From contig CAWDSQ010000023.1 in assembly GCA_963804955.1 (NCBI GenBank), positions 1 to 23,042 of the forward strand: a stretch of 23,042 nt of DNA, written 5' to 3'. The notes beneath the pieces were generated by a model. It had not been told where the DNA came from, searched no databases, and worked only from the letters and a program-made list of their open reading frames with translations. The DNA comes from an uncultured delta proteobacterium. GTDB lineage: Bacteria; Desulfobacterota; WTBG01; CAIYCZ01; CAIRTM01. A program made the position numbers and the translations under genes. Of this stretch, positions 6,975 through 17,091 are shown one piece after another; position 1 is the stretch's first letter, and every line of letters begins with the position of its first letter.

Positions 6975-8633
6975 TCAGCGGTACTTACGATCCTGTTTAC
7001 CCATGATGAGGCGGTAAAATGATTTTGCCTGGCGAAGAATGGACAGCGTATAAATCTCCATCTCTTTAACCACTTCCTGTTTAATATACTTCGATGAAAC
7101 CCGCTCAGTCTGCTCAAGCCGAACCGTTATAAAGGAAAGATAGTCAAGCATTTTGGTAACGATTACTTCCCGTGTCTGGTCAACCTCGGCGGTCTGAATA
7201 TTCTGCACGATTTCCTCAAGGGCATTGGACGGGCTCGGTGCGGTAATATCGATAGTCGAGGCCTCCAGATCGAACATGCCGGTCACCGGGTCGATCACAA
7301 AACGCTGCAACCGCTGCAGCTTTTTCAAATATGCCGACACGCAGTCAATGCTGCTTTTAATGGACGCAAGCTGCTGACTGTCGCTGTACCCTTTCTGCGC
7401 ATAATACAGCATGGCGCGGCGGATGCCGGTGAGCGGGTTATAGATATTTTGAAGCACATTGCGTGCAAACAGCTGGAGCGCTTCGGATATTTTATCCTGA
7501 ATGACGCGCTCGGGAATGCGTTTTGAAATTTTCTGCTTTACGGCTTCATGAGCCGGCAGGGTGAAAAGCCTGTCGTGCAGCATGCCGATATCCCTGAGCG
7601 TCTGCGGCTCGTCGGGCGGGATAGCAGGATTTTCCTCGTTCAGAATCTTAAAAAAATTGATCCGGGGGAAAATGATGAGGATGCGAAGAGCGGGATCAAT
7701 TCTGCCGCTTGAGAGCAGAAACCAGGCAAGCTGCACGTATTCATTGAACAGCAGCTTCAGGAAAGTCAGCTCATCGGGTGTAAAGTCCTGCAGCGAAAAC
7801 ATGCAGGTGGCGCACATTTTGTCCATGAGAGCAGTGCGGTCTATAGCAAGGCTCAGCCCCTTCTGCTTGATGAAGTTCATGGGATTTGACGGCGCATCGA
7901 TCTTCATGATGCCTTCCCTGATCAGCGACGCTCCATCAACCCTCGCCAGAATATTGCACCGCAGCGTGTGGGTTCCGAGCAGAGCCACATAGCTTGTCTG
8001 CTCAGCCCCGAACGGCAGGCTCAAAAAACTGGCCACATCGGGCCTGGTCATAAAAATATGGAAGGTGACCCCGTGTTCGGCTGCCGCGAGCGTTTCGCTT
8101 TCCAGCATGTCATGAATAAGAGAACTGGCCGTCTCACCGGCATTTGAAAGGCTTGCCATATGCAGAACCTCTTCCAGATGCCTGCGGGCCCGCTTGATTG
8201 CATAAAACTCTTTATCCAGGCCGAAAGCGATGGAAAATCCGAGCTCTAAGCTCTGCAGCCGCTGAAAAATGAACTTGCGCTCCCCCAGCTCCTTGAGGCG
8301 ATGCACGAACACATCAAGGATATTGCCGATGATAGCCTCATGGTTTTTCAGCAGAAGCCCGCTGCTCTGATCGGTTGCCATGGTGAGAATAAGGCCGCGC
8401 ATCATATCGTTGACGGTCGCCTCAGGCGAGCCGTATTTCATGGGCATGGCATTCGTGAAAGAAATCTCGATATGCTTGCCCTTAAAGTCGATGTCAACTG
8501 CCTCGGCAAAATTATCGACGAAATATGACTTTTCCTTGCACCACAGGTCAACTACTTCGCGCTCAACGGCGCGCTCGATCTGAAAAAGCTTGCGCTTTGA
8601 TAGAGTAGAATTTTTTATATCAGCCAGAATCAT
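6975..8633 (-). CDS. Hypothetical 552-aa cytoplasmic protein with a degenerate HisKA-like segment near the C-terminus
   Basis: Long uninterrupted ORF. ALQLFARNVLQNIYNPLTGI...IKSSIDCVSAYLKKLQ resembles HisKA helices (AHEINNPL) with His replaced by Gln. Confidence 0.8.
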   Translation of the reverse strand: MILADIKNSTLSKRKLFQIERAVEREVVDLWCKEKSYFVDNFAEAVDIDFKGKHIEISFTNAMPMKYGSPEATVNDMMRGLILTMATDQSSGLLLKNHEAIIGNILDVFVHRLKELGERKFIFQRLQSLELGFSIAFGLDKEFYAIKRARRHLEEVLHMASLSNAGETASSLIHDMLESETLAAAEHGVTFHIFMTRPDVASFLSLPFGAEQTSYVALLGTHTLRCNILARVDGASLIREGIMKIDAPSNPMNFIKQKGLSLAIDRTALMDKMCATCMFSLQDFTPDELTFLKLLFNEYVQLAWFLLSSGRIDPALRILIIFPRINFFKILNEENPAIPPDEPQTLRDIGMLHDRLFTLPAHEAVKQKISKRIPERVIQDKISEALQLFARNVLQNIYNPLTGIRRAMLYYAQKGYSDSQQLASIKSSIDCVSAYLKKLQRLQRFVIDPVTGMFDLEASTIDITAPSPSNALEEIVQNIQTAEVDQTREVIVTKMLDYLSFITVRLEQTERVSSKYIKQEVVKEMEIYTLSILRQAKSFYRLIMGKQDRKYR

Positions 8634-8822
8634 GTCACAACCGATGCATCCGAACTGTATGATTTTTGTTAATTACCTTATTTATATGCCCTCTTATGCA
8701 GTACTGCCGCCGGACGGCATGGCCGCTTGTAAAAGACATTTCTCCCGCATTATAGAGATACACTACTTCAGCCAAAAATTCAAACCAAATGCAAGCGTCC
8801 CTGCTCTGCAGCATGCTCGTTC

Positions 8823-8851
8823 TTGACAAGAGGCGGGCATACGATTACACT
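8823..8851 (+). promoter_or_regulatory. Sigma70 promoter for the thioesterase-RluA-MBL operon
   Basis: TTGACA-N17-TACACT. Confidence 0.75.
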
Positions 8852-8868
8852 TTTGTGCTGTTAGCACT

Positions 8869-8956
8869 TAGGCTATAGGCTGTTGGACTGTAGGCTGTCA
8901 GGAAAATATCTTCTGGCTATGTTTAAAACCTTCAGTTTAAAAGCCTACTCACCTGA
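8869..8956. repeat. Degenerate heptamer array (TAGGCTR) with an inverted counterpart, in the 5' UTR
   Basis: TAGGCTA TAGGCTG TTGGACTG TAGGCTG TCAGG, then complementary AGCCTAC and CCTGA units. Confidence 0.5.
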
Positions 8957-8978
8957 ATTTTTTAAAAGGAGCATGTCC

Positions 8979-9383
8979 ATGAGCAGACCCATCGCTGTCG
9001 GCGCAACCCGTGAAATAACCTGTGAGACCGGAGCGGAGCACACCGCCCGATACTTCTATCAAAATCTCCCGGATGTTTTTGCCACGCCGTTTCTGGCCGG
9101 ATTCATGGAGCGGGTGTCGGCAGAGCTCATGCAGGACTATCTCGAGCCGGGGGAGCAGTCCGTTGGCATATCCATGGACATCAAGCATTCGGCGGCAACA
9201 CCCCTGGGGATGAAGGTTCGTGTCGCCACCGAGGTAACGGCAGTTGATGGCGCAAAGCTGTCCTTCAGGCTCGAGGCATGGGATGAAATTGAAAAAATCG
9301 GCGAGGCGCTGCACGAGCGCTTTATCATCAAGGCAGATAAATTCAATGCCCGCATAGCAAAAAAGTCGCAGGCGCCGGCATGA
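8979..9383 (+). CDS. FlK-like (fluoroacetyl-CoA-type) hotdog-fold thioesterase
   Basis: AGGAG RBS 7 nt before the ATG. VFATPFLAGFME...SVG...HSAATPLG carries the FlK-type Thr/Glu/His triad. Confidence 0.9.
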   Translation: MSRPIAVGATREITCETGAEHTARYFYQNLPDVFATPFLAGFMERVSAELMQDYLEPGEQSVGISMDIKHSAATPLGMKVRVATEVTAVDGAKLSFRLEAWDEIEKIGEALHERFIIKADKFNARIAKKSQAPA

Positions 9384-10066
9384 CACCTGAGGTTCTGTTC
9401 TGCGACAATCACCTGCTTATTGTCTGCAAGCCGGCGGGCCTGCCGGTGCAGCAGGACCGCACCGGCGACCCGGACCTGCTGAGCCTTCTGAAAGACTATA
9501 TCAAGCAGCGCTTTGACAAGCCCGGCGATGCCTATCTCGGCCTGGTGCACCGGCTTGACCGGCCCGTGTCGGGCGTCATGGCCTTTGCCCGCACCTCCAA
9601 GGCCGCAGGCAGGCTGTCGGAGCAGTTCCGCGACAGCACGCCGCTGAAAAAATATATCGCTATCGTGCAGGGCAGCGTCCAGGGGCAGGGGGTGTGCACG
9701 GATTATCTTCTTAAGGAAAATGAAAAAGTGCGGATTGTCGGGCCCAAGTACCCGAAGGCCCTGTATGCCGAGCTGTCATGGCAGGCCCGTGCCGAGAGCA
9801 GCGGGCTGAGCCTGCTTGACATTGACCTCAAGACCGGCAGGCCCCATCAGATACGCGTGCAGCTGGCAAGCAGGGGGTTGCCCATTGTGGGAGACCTTCG
9901 CTATAGCAGCCGCAGGGAGTTTGACGGACGAAATCTGGCGCTGCACTGCTACCGGCTCGGGCTTGAGCACCCGGTTCTGAAAACACCACTGTTCTGGACA
10001 GCGCCGCCGCCTGAAACGTGGCGGGGCTTTTTTGATACTGACATTGAAGAGCTTCTGAAGCAGTAG
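9380..10066 (+). CDS. RluA-family pseudouridine synthase
   Basis: KPAGL, VHRLDRPVSG, TGRPHQIRVQL, PIVGDLRY; ATGA overlap with the upstream gene. Confidence 0.95.
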   Translation: MTPEVLFCDNHLLIVCKPAGLPVQQDRTGDPDLLSLLKDYIKQRFDKPGDAYLGLVHRLDRPVSGVMAFARTSKAAGRLSEQFRDSTPLKKYIAIVQGSVQGQGVCTDYLLKENEKVRIVGPKYPKALYAELSWQARAESSGLSLLDIDLKTGRPHQIRVQLASRGLPIVGDLRYSSRREFDGRNLALHCYRLGLEHPVLKTPLFWTAPPPETWRGFFDTDIEELLKQ

Positions 10067-10085
10067 CGTCTCTGAGGAGAAATAT

Positions 10086-11003
10086 GTGATAGACCAGAAA
10101 AAACTGCATTTCGAGTTTAGCCGCGAGTATGAAGATTTCATATCACTGGGCGGCGGCCATGTGACGGCTGCCATCTGCGCAAGCTCCCCGCCTATACTGT
10201 TTGATCCGGGAGTCTCAGCCTTCGGCCCCCTGTGCGTGGAAAAATTGCGGGCGCATACCCGCAGCCCCGACAACCTTATTATCGCTCTCTCCCATGCCCA
10301 TTTCGATCACTGTGGAGCCGCAGCCTATCTCATGCGTAAAATTCCGTCCGCTCGGCTTGCCGCAAGCAGCCGCGGCGCAGAAATTCTCAAGCGTCCGAAT
10401 GCCGTTGAGCTTATCTGCCGTTTGAACGCCGAATATGAAAAAAGCATGGCGGCCGAGCTTGCCGGCGAGGATGTATCGTTTGCCGCTCTTGATGTCACCT
10501 TCAGGCTCGCAGACGGCGATAGCATAGAGCTTGACGCAGGCCGCGTCTGCCGGGTGTTTGAAACGCCCGGCCATACGCGCGACAGCCTCACCTACTACTT
10601 CCCGGACACGGGTATCGCCTTCATCGGTGATACGGCAGGCGCGCTTGAGCATGGCTTTATACACAGCCCGTATCTGGTGAGCTATGAAGACTATCTTGCA
10701 TCCATAGAAAAAATCCGCAGCCTGCGGCCGCGGGCAATCTGCATGCCTCACAGCGGAATTCTTGCAGGCGATGAAGTGCAGCGCTATCTTTCAGAAGCGG
10801 CAGCTGCGGCCACAGCCTATAAAAATATGATTGCACAGTATCTGAATATGCTTAAGGGCGATCAGGAGAAGGTGGTGGCGCGGATAACCGCAGAAGAGTA
10901 CGATGCCCAGCCCGCGCATATCCAGAAGCGCCAGCCCTTTATCCTGAACCTGCGCGCCAAGGTTGCCGCAGTGGCTGCCTGGCTTGAAACCCGAAACGGC
11001 TGA
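10086..11003 (+). CDS. Metallo-beta-lactamase-fold hydrolase
   Basis: HAHFDH, TPGHT, GD and PHSG motifs; GAGGAG RBS. Confidence 0.92.
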   Translation: MIDQKKLHFEFSREYEDFISLGGGHVTAAICASSPPILFDPGVSAFGPLCVEKLRAHTRSPDNLIIALSHAHFDHCGAAAYLMRKIPSARLAASSRGAEILKRPNAVELICRLNAEYEKSMAAELAGEDVSFAALDVTFRLADGDSIELDAGRVCRVFETPGHTRDSLTYYFPDTGIAFIGDTAGALEHGFIHSPYLVSYEDYLASIEKIRSLRPRAICMPHSGILAGDEVQRYLSEAAAAATAYKNMIAQYLNMLKGDQEKVVARITAEEYDAQPAHIQKRQPFILNLRAKVAAVAAWLETRNG

Positions 11004-11081
11004 AATGCCGGCGCAGGCTCAATCCGGCCCGCAAACCATAACGGAAGAACAGAAACGATCCAGCCTTCCTGAAACAATAGG

Positions 11082-12248
11082 CTACACATACAAAATTCGC
11101 ATAGAAAACACCCCCAGCCAGACAATAGCTTCATATACAAAAAACGGCGGCAGCAATCGGCTTTTTGCGCCCAGCATGATTATGGCACTCAGTATGCCGC
11201 ATTCTGTATATGCCCGCATAAATGCCCAATCTTCGCACCATATCAGCTGCGTCAGCAGAACAATCAGCAGGCTGTAGAGCAGCCAGCTGATTTTAATATG
11301 CAGATCCGCAGCAGATGACCGCAAGGCGATGGCTGCGGCTACTAGACCGCAGCCGGTAAAAATAAGCTCGAAACAGTACAATCCTGCCACAGCCGAAGCC
11401 GGCGGAAACAGTTCGAAAACATAGCGAAATATCCCGACAAAGGGCAGGCCAAGGTTGTGCGCTCCGCCGGCAGCCGGAAAAACACCCCAGTAAAAAAACA
11501 AAAGCAGTTGCCACAGGCAATAACAAAGCACGGGAGCGAGAAAAAAATACCCGGGAACAGACGTGCGGCTGCTGCGTTTAAACATGTCGCAAAAATACAC
11601 CAAAGCGCTGCCAAGCGCGACTAACAGCGCTGTTTCTCTGGCAAGAACCCCTATGGATAACACGGCCGCTGCTGCAATGGGCTTATTTTTTTTCAGAAGC
11701 ACTAAACTGGCTACAATAAAGAACGCCCCCGTAATTTCGGTTAAATCGCGAGACAGGGTTAACAGGAATCCCGGATAGAGGGGCAGTATCATCCCCCACA
11801 GGGCTGACACATTAAAGGCTTTTGCATACCACCCCCCGAGCCAGGCTATGCCGCACAGCAAGAAATAATTAACCAGGATCATCATCGCCGGAACATATTC
11901 CGGTTTCCCAACAGAAAAAACCCAGACCAGAAGAGGATAGGCAATGCGCTGATGGCGATAGGCAGGGTTGTCAAATTGTACGCCGCCGGCGGCAGGCCCC
12001 GCGGTGAAAGGATTTAAGGCAAGGCGGTAGTAAAATTGACCATCATATCCTCCGGAGTTTTTAAGCACCGAAAAGTTTGCCGGCAAGCTATCGGGATTGC
12101 AAAAAACATCTCCGGCTGCGATAAAAGCCGTGGGGTTGAAATCGTGAAACCCGAGGCGCAGCAGAATAAATGCGCCATAGAGAAAAGCCGTGATCAGCAC
12201 CGGCATGCATACGGAATGTATCCTTATCAAACGTAAGCGGGGCATCAT
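11082..12248 (-). CDS. Polytopic GT-C-like membrane protein (AZOBR_p60025-like cell-surface glycopolymer formation family)
   Basis: GYDGQFYYRLALNPF and AYRHQRIAYPLL after the first TM; LTE and ARET motifs; about 10 hydrophobic segments. Confidence 0.8.
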   Translation of the reverse strand: MMPRLRLIRIHSVCMPVLITAFLYGAFILLRLGFHDFNPTAFIAAGDVFCNPDSLPANFSVLKNSGGYDGQFYYRLALNPFTAGPAAGGVQFDNPAYRHQRIAYPLLVWVFSVGKPEYVPAMMILVNYFLLCGIAWLGGWYAKAFNVSALWGMILPLYPGFLLTLSRDLTEITGAFFIVASLVLLKKNKPIAAAAVLSIGVLARETALLVALGSALVYFCDMFKRSSRTSVPGYFFLAPVLCYCLWQLLLFFYWGVFPAAGGAHNLGLPFVGIFRYVFELFPPASAVAGLYCFELIFTGCGLVAAAIALRSSAADLHIKISWLLYSLLIVLLTQLIWCEDWAFMRAYTECGILSAIIMLGAKSRLLPPFFVYEAIVWLGVFSMRILYV

Positions 12249-12337
12249 AGCTTTATTTCACCGGCACTAGCACAGCTCAGGCTTTTAAAGATTTGCTCAG
12301 CACTACTTTCAAACCAGAAAAACCCGTTTTTATTGGG

Positions 12338-12369
12338 CACTATATATAGTGAGGACTGGCATGTGTCAA
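12338..12369 (-). promoter_or_regulatory. Perfect palindrome CACTATATATAGTG (NrdR-box-like) overlapping the -10 of a putative promoter
   Basis: Palindrome at 12338-12351; TTGACA (12369-12364)-N17-TATATA on the minus strand. Confidence 0.55.
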
Positions 12370-12685
12370 TGTAAATGCCTTCAAAACAGAGGGGTGGGCC
12401 GGAAGTTCGGCGGTTTTTTCAAGCGGCTTTTATTCTAAGGCAGCATATGTTAAAGGGTGACACTCCGGCCTATAGAGGGCAGTATTTCAGCCAGGCAGAC
12501 TGTTTTTATGTTAGCCTCCTTCCTCGAACAGGGGCCCAAAATTTTGAATCCTGGGCGCAATCAGAAAAACCATTGCTGAAAAACCCCGCTTGCTGAAGGG
12601 TGATTATTGAACGAGGGAGATTCTGTGCTGTTAACGTATCGTCTGACGATGTAAAACAAGTTGCCTGGGGACGTTTAGGCAGTTC

Positions 12686-12713
12686 TTGCAATTGTTTTAT
12701 GGTTCTGTATAGT
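12686..12713 (+). promoter_or_regulatory. Putative sigma70 promoter for the GT2-oxidoreductase pair
   Basis: TTGCAA-N16-TATAGT. Confidence 0.45.
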
Positions 12714-12770
12714 ATATTTCCAATACGGGTACAGGGACACATCTAATCAGCCACAGAAGGGGTTGCTAAA

Positions 12771-13744
12771 ATGATCAGCATTGTCGTTCCTTGTTATAAC
12801 GAACTGGAGGTCATTGACCCGCTGTATGAGCGCCTGACAAAAGCCGCTGAAAAATGGGGCGAGCCTTTTGAGGTCATCGTCGTTGATGACGGGTCACAAG
12901 AAGCTTTCTGGAGAAAGCTGGTCATGATACATCAAAAGGACAGCCGCTGGAAGGCCATGCGCTTTTCGAGAAATTTCGGACATCAGACGGCGGTCTCAGC
13001 CGGGCTGTACTACGCAGCCGGGGATGCCGTCATTGTGATTGATGCCGACCTGCAGGATCCCCCTGAAGAGCTGTACCGCTTTATCGACAAGTGGAAAGAG
13101 GGCTTTGATGTTGTCTTCGCGGTCCGGCAGAAAAGAAAAGAGAATATCTTTAAACGATTCTGCTATAAATCATTTTACCGTATTCTTTCGGGCGCCAGTG
13201 AAACATTAATCCCCGAAGACTCGGGTGATTTTGCATTGATCGATCGCAAGGTACTGAGGGTTATCAATTCCATGCCTGAAGAAAACCGCTTTGTGCGCGG
13301 CCTGCGCGCCTGGAGCGGCTTTCGGCAAACGGGCCTCACCTATGAGCGGCATGCCCGAGCGGGGGGGCGCCGAAGTACTCATTCGGCAAACTCGTGCAGC
13401 TTGCCATCGATGGTATTTTCAGCTTTTCAGCCGTGCCGCTGCGTCTGGCTACCAAGCTTGGGCTGCTGACATCGGTCATTGCCCTGGCGGGGGCGATATT
13501 CACCTTTTTACAGCGCATCTTCGCCGACCAGTTCGCCAAAATCGGCCTGGCTCCGGTGCCCGGTTTTGCCACGATTGTGATTGCCATGCTTTTTTTGGGC
13601 GGCGTTCAACTCATCTGCCTTGGCATTCTGGGAGAGTACATCGGCAGGATTTACGATGAGGTGAAACAACGTCCTTCCTGGGTCATTCAGGAAGGCCTGG
13701 GAATCGAAGTTACGAGCAGCACCGTCAAGGACATGAAGCACTAA
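12771..13744 (+). CDS. GtrB/ArnC-like polyprenol-phosphate glycosyltransferase (GT2), frameshifted at G7 (13361-13367)
   Basis: SIVVPCYNE, VDDGS, RNFGHQ, IDADLQDPPE, SGDF. Adding one G gives RAGGAPKYS, joining two TM helices and GILGEYIGRIYDEVKQRP. Confidence 0.92.
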
Positions 13745-13806
13745 CCGGGGCTGCCTGCCCGGGCGATAAGGCCGCGCGCCGGGCCTACCAATGTATAGGG
13801 TCCACA

Positions 13807-15174
13807 TTGAAAACACTGCAGGAAATGCCAACAGATCTTCTCATTGTCGGCGGAGGCATCACCGGCCTGACGGCCGCATATCTGGCAGCCAAAGCAAACC
13901 ACAAGGTCACGCTTATCGAGGCAAGCGACCGCTTTGGGGGACTGATGCGGACAGCCCCTGTTGCCGGTACGCCGCTTGAGTGCTTTTACCATCATTTTTT
14001 TACCCACGACCTTGAGCTTCACTGGCTGCTCAGAGAGCTGGGCTTGCAGGATAAAATCTTTTATTGCCCCAGCACCATGGGCATCTATCGCAACGGTAAA
14101 ATATTTGATTTTAACAGCCCTCGCGACCTGCTGGCCTTTGATGCGATCCCCCTGTTGGACCGCATCAGGTTTGGGGCAACCAGCTTACTGATGTGCAAGT
14201 GCCTGCACTGGGAAAAATGGGAAGACGTGCCCGCCGTGGACTGGTTCTACCGGTATGCAGGCAGGCAGAGCACGGATGCGATCTGGGCGCCCATGCTCAA
14301 GATCAAATTCGGTTCGTATTACGACCAGGTTCCGGCGGCCTGGATGATCGGCCGCCTGCGGCAAAGAGTTAATTCCAATGATGGCAGGCAGCAGCGACTG
14401 GGGTATCTCACGGGCTCGCTTGATGTGCTGTGCACAGCATTGCTGAGCCGTCTGACGGCGATGGGGGTACACCTGCATGCAAACATGCCCGCCCAAACGC
14501 TGGAGGTGCAGGCCGGCCGGCTGACGGCCGTGCGTTCGGGCGACCGTCGCTTTGCAGCTCAAAAATTTCTTTTTACGATTCCAACCACCGCCATCCATCC
14601 GCTGGTTGCACCTGTTGACGCAGCGTTTGCCGGCCGGCTCAGGGAAGTTGAATATTTCGGCGCCGTCTGCGTGGTGCTTGTGCTGAAGCGCCCCTTGAGC
14701 CGTATTTACTGGCTGAATATTGCCGATGCGGGTTTTCCGTTCGGCGGGGTTATCGAGCATACCAACTTTATCGATCCTGCCACGTATCAGAATAAGCACA
14801 TTGTGTATCTGTCTCGCTATTTTGCAGCCCATGAAGAAATCGCATCGCAGGATGAAGCCGCAATCAAGGGCCAGATGCTCTCCGCGCTGCGCAGGCTTAC
14901 CCCGGGCTTTGAGGATGCCTGCATGGATGAGGTGTTTGTTTTCCGGACGCGGACAGCCGCAAATGTCTGCGGCCTGAACTTCTCAAAAAAAATACCGCGC
15001 TGCGCATCGCCGATAGAAAACATGTACCTGGCAGGCATGCCCCACATATATCCCGATGAGCGCAGCTGCAACAATGCCATTCGCGTTGTCGCGGAGGCAT
15101 GCCGGGTGATGAAGCTGGGCTGTGAGGATATCCCCCGCGGGCCGACGCTGGCGGGCAGGATTGCTATGGGGTAG
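13807..15174 (+). CDS. FAD-dependent oxidoreductase (protoporphyrinogen/amine-oxidase-like fold, function unknown)
   Basis: IVGGGITGLTAA, GGL, FYHHF, YWLNI, PFGGVIEHTNF, YPDERS; the start may be ATG 13825. Confidence 0.9.
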   Translation: MKTLQEMPTDLLIVGGGITGLTAAYLAAKANHKVTLIEASDRFGGLMRTAPVAGTPLECFYHHFFTHDLELHWLLRELGLQDKIFYCPSTMGIYRNGKIFDFNSPRDLLAFDAIPLLDRIRFGATSLLMCKCLHWEKWEDVPAVDWFYRYAGRQSTDAIWAPMLKIKFGSYYDQVPAAWMIGRLRQRVNSNDGRQQRLGYLTGSLDVLCTALLSRLTAMGVHLHANMPAQTLEVQAGRLTAVRSGDRRFAAQKFLFTIPTTAIHPLVAPVDAAFAGRLREVEYFGAVCVVLVLKRPLSRIYWLNIADAGFPFGGVIEHTNFIDPATYQNKHIVYLSRYFAAHEEIASQDEAAIKGQMLSALRRLTPGFEDACMDEVFVFRTRTAANVCGLNFSKKIPRCASPIENMYLAGMPHIYPDERSCNNAIRVVAEACRVMKLGCEDIPRGPTLAGRIAMG

Positions 15175-16863
15175 GCCGTGGGCAGCTGTATTCCACAAAT
15201 ATAAGCCCCCGCACGACAATGTTGGCATATGTGTCGAGAAACCCGCTTGAAAGAGGGGTCTTTTTGACTGTCGCATACCGCAGGGTTTTGTCCTGGCTTT
15301 CAAGAAAAGCAGCTATGTTACAAAAATCGTTGCTGAGCCCGTAAAAGGTGGGGCCGAGGGGCCTGGGGGAGGTCCACGCGGGTTTCTGATGCTGGTAACC
15401 GTCAGGCCCGAAAAGCTTGACAAGAGGATGCTCGTTTATCTGCACGTGCCTCTCTTGGGCAACGGACTTCAGCTCGATCATGAAACTCCCGGCGCCGGGG
15501 ATGATCTGTGTTTTTGCGCCGCACCAGCTGCTGTTTGCCGCAAAGACATTTTCTCCGAAAAAAACAAACCAGGCTCCGGCCAGCACCACGTCCCTTGTCT
15601 CCCTGATTTTTTGCTCTGCCCGGTCAAATATGATTTTCGTCGACACCATTACCACGGACTGGTAGAGCAGCATCGGCACGACTATCAGTGCTGCCAGCCG
15701 CGCTACGGGCATGCGCCGTGCAAAAACGGCAGCAAGACAAAATCCGCCCGTGCACAGCGCAGCATACAATTGCGGCATTGTGCCGTAGCTGCACCAGAAC
15801 GCCAGAGCCCCGGCAATCACCAGCGCGGACCGAAAAAGCACAGGGTTTCCGCCATGCGCACAAACAAATCAAGTGCAATTGAAAAGCAGAGAACAAGGGG
15901 CAGATAATAATACACCATATATATTTCCCAGGTCGCCGACGGCAGCACGCCAAGACCAATAACAACAGCCCCCAAAAACAGTATGATGTTGAAGCGCTGC
16001 ATCAGGCTGTGAAGCCTGATGCGCTTATATGCGCAGGCAAGGCTGACCCCAAGACAGATGAGATGAATATGAGCAGCGGAAAAAAAACGGGGTTGCGGAT
16101 AAAATCCCTGATCCTGAAATACTCGCCGCGAAGCCCGCTGAACCTGTTGCCGTCAAGGCTGAACAGCGCCAGCGATCCTGCAAAGCTTGGAATGCCGGGA
16201 TATATCAGAATCCCGGCGCCTGCCATGGCAAAGGCGCAGGAGCACGCGCTGAATACAAGCAGTGCTTTCCGGGAAAACTTCTGCCAGTAGCCAGAACGAA
16301 CAGCAGCAGGTAAATGCAGGGGATTGCCCCGCAGGTATGCATGGGTATTGCCACCAGAAAAGCTATGGCGCTGGCGCCTACCAGACAGGCTAAAGACCGT
16401 GTTTCTTTAAAGCGTTCGCAGAGCCAGAAGGTGGCGAGGCAGCAAAGGACAACCGTGGTTTCCGGGCGCAGGGGAGAGAGCGCCCATTGGGCCACGAGCA
16501 AATACAAAAAGACACCTGCCCCGGCCTGAGCAGCTTCTTTTGAAGCGTAGCGCAGCGCGCAGAGATAGACAAGGCGAAGAGACAGAGCAGAATTTCTGCG
16601 CTTTGAACCAGGGCAAGTATGCGATAGCTGGGGGCGTCTGCACCGGAAAGAAGGAGTGCGTACAAAAGCGTCGTCGGCTTCATGAAGTGAAAATACTGGC
16701 CGTAGAAATCATTATAAAAAGGGTTGCGAAGGCCAATGGTATTATAGAGCTGGTAAAAATAATTGCCGTCGTCATAATTCGGGATCACGAGCAGGCCGAA
16801 AAGCAGGCATGCGCAGGATATCGCGATCCAAAAACATCTATCGTAATTCATTTTTTTGGTCAT
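15164..16863 (-). CDS. Polytopic membrane protein, probably GT-C-like, about 560 aa, broken into 5 ORF pieces (frameshift errors or pseudogene)
   Basis: Consecutive hydrophobic ORFs 16390-16863, 16205-16507, 16002-16226, 15817-16002 and 15164-15841. PNYDDGNY acidic pair after TM1 and an RPE motif. Confidence 0.65.
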
Positions 16864-16908
16864 GGATACAGCAGCATTTTGACACACACCCGCTTTAGCG
16901 TAGAGCTT

Positions 16909-16937
16909 AATATAGGTCCTGGACAAATGGGTGTCAA
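16909..16937 (-). promoter_or_regulatory. Sigma70 promoter for the membrane protein gene
   Basis: TTGACA-N17-TATATT, about 45 nt upstream of ATG 16863. Confidence 0.7.
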
Positions 16938-17091
16938 GGCAAATGACAACCGGGATAGGGTTGCTGGTGAGGGGTTCATCAGGTCCGCGCGACAAAAGAA
17001 TTCTCTGTGGCGCCGTGTTGGATAATATGTCATTATCACCATTGGTGGTGGCAGGTTTAAAAGCCGCCCATTGGGAATTGCAGCCGTTAGA

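Noticed and set aside
8979..11003. FlK-RluA-MBL operon as a novel pathway (e.g. fluoroacetate detoxification)
   Set aside because: All three are common families with no evident functional link; FlK-like proteins are widespread general thioesterases.
306..12411. 15-bp near match GCCGAAGTTCCGGCC at 306-320 and inverted at about 12397-12411
   Set aside because: The first copy is coding sequence of the GT2 remnant; a 14/15 match is expected by chance in 23 kb.
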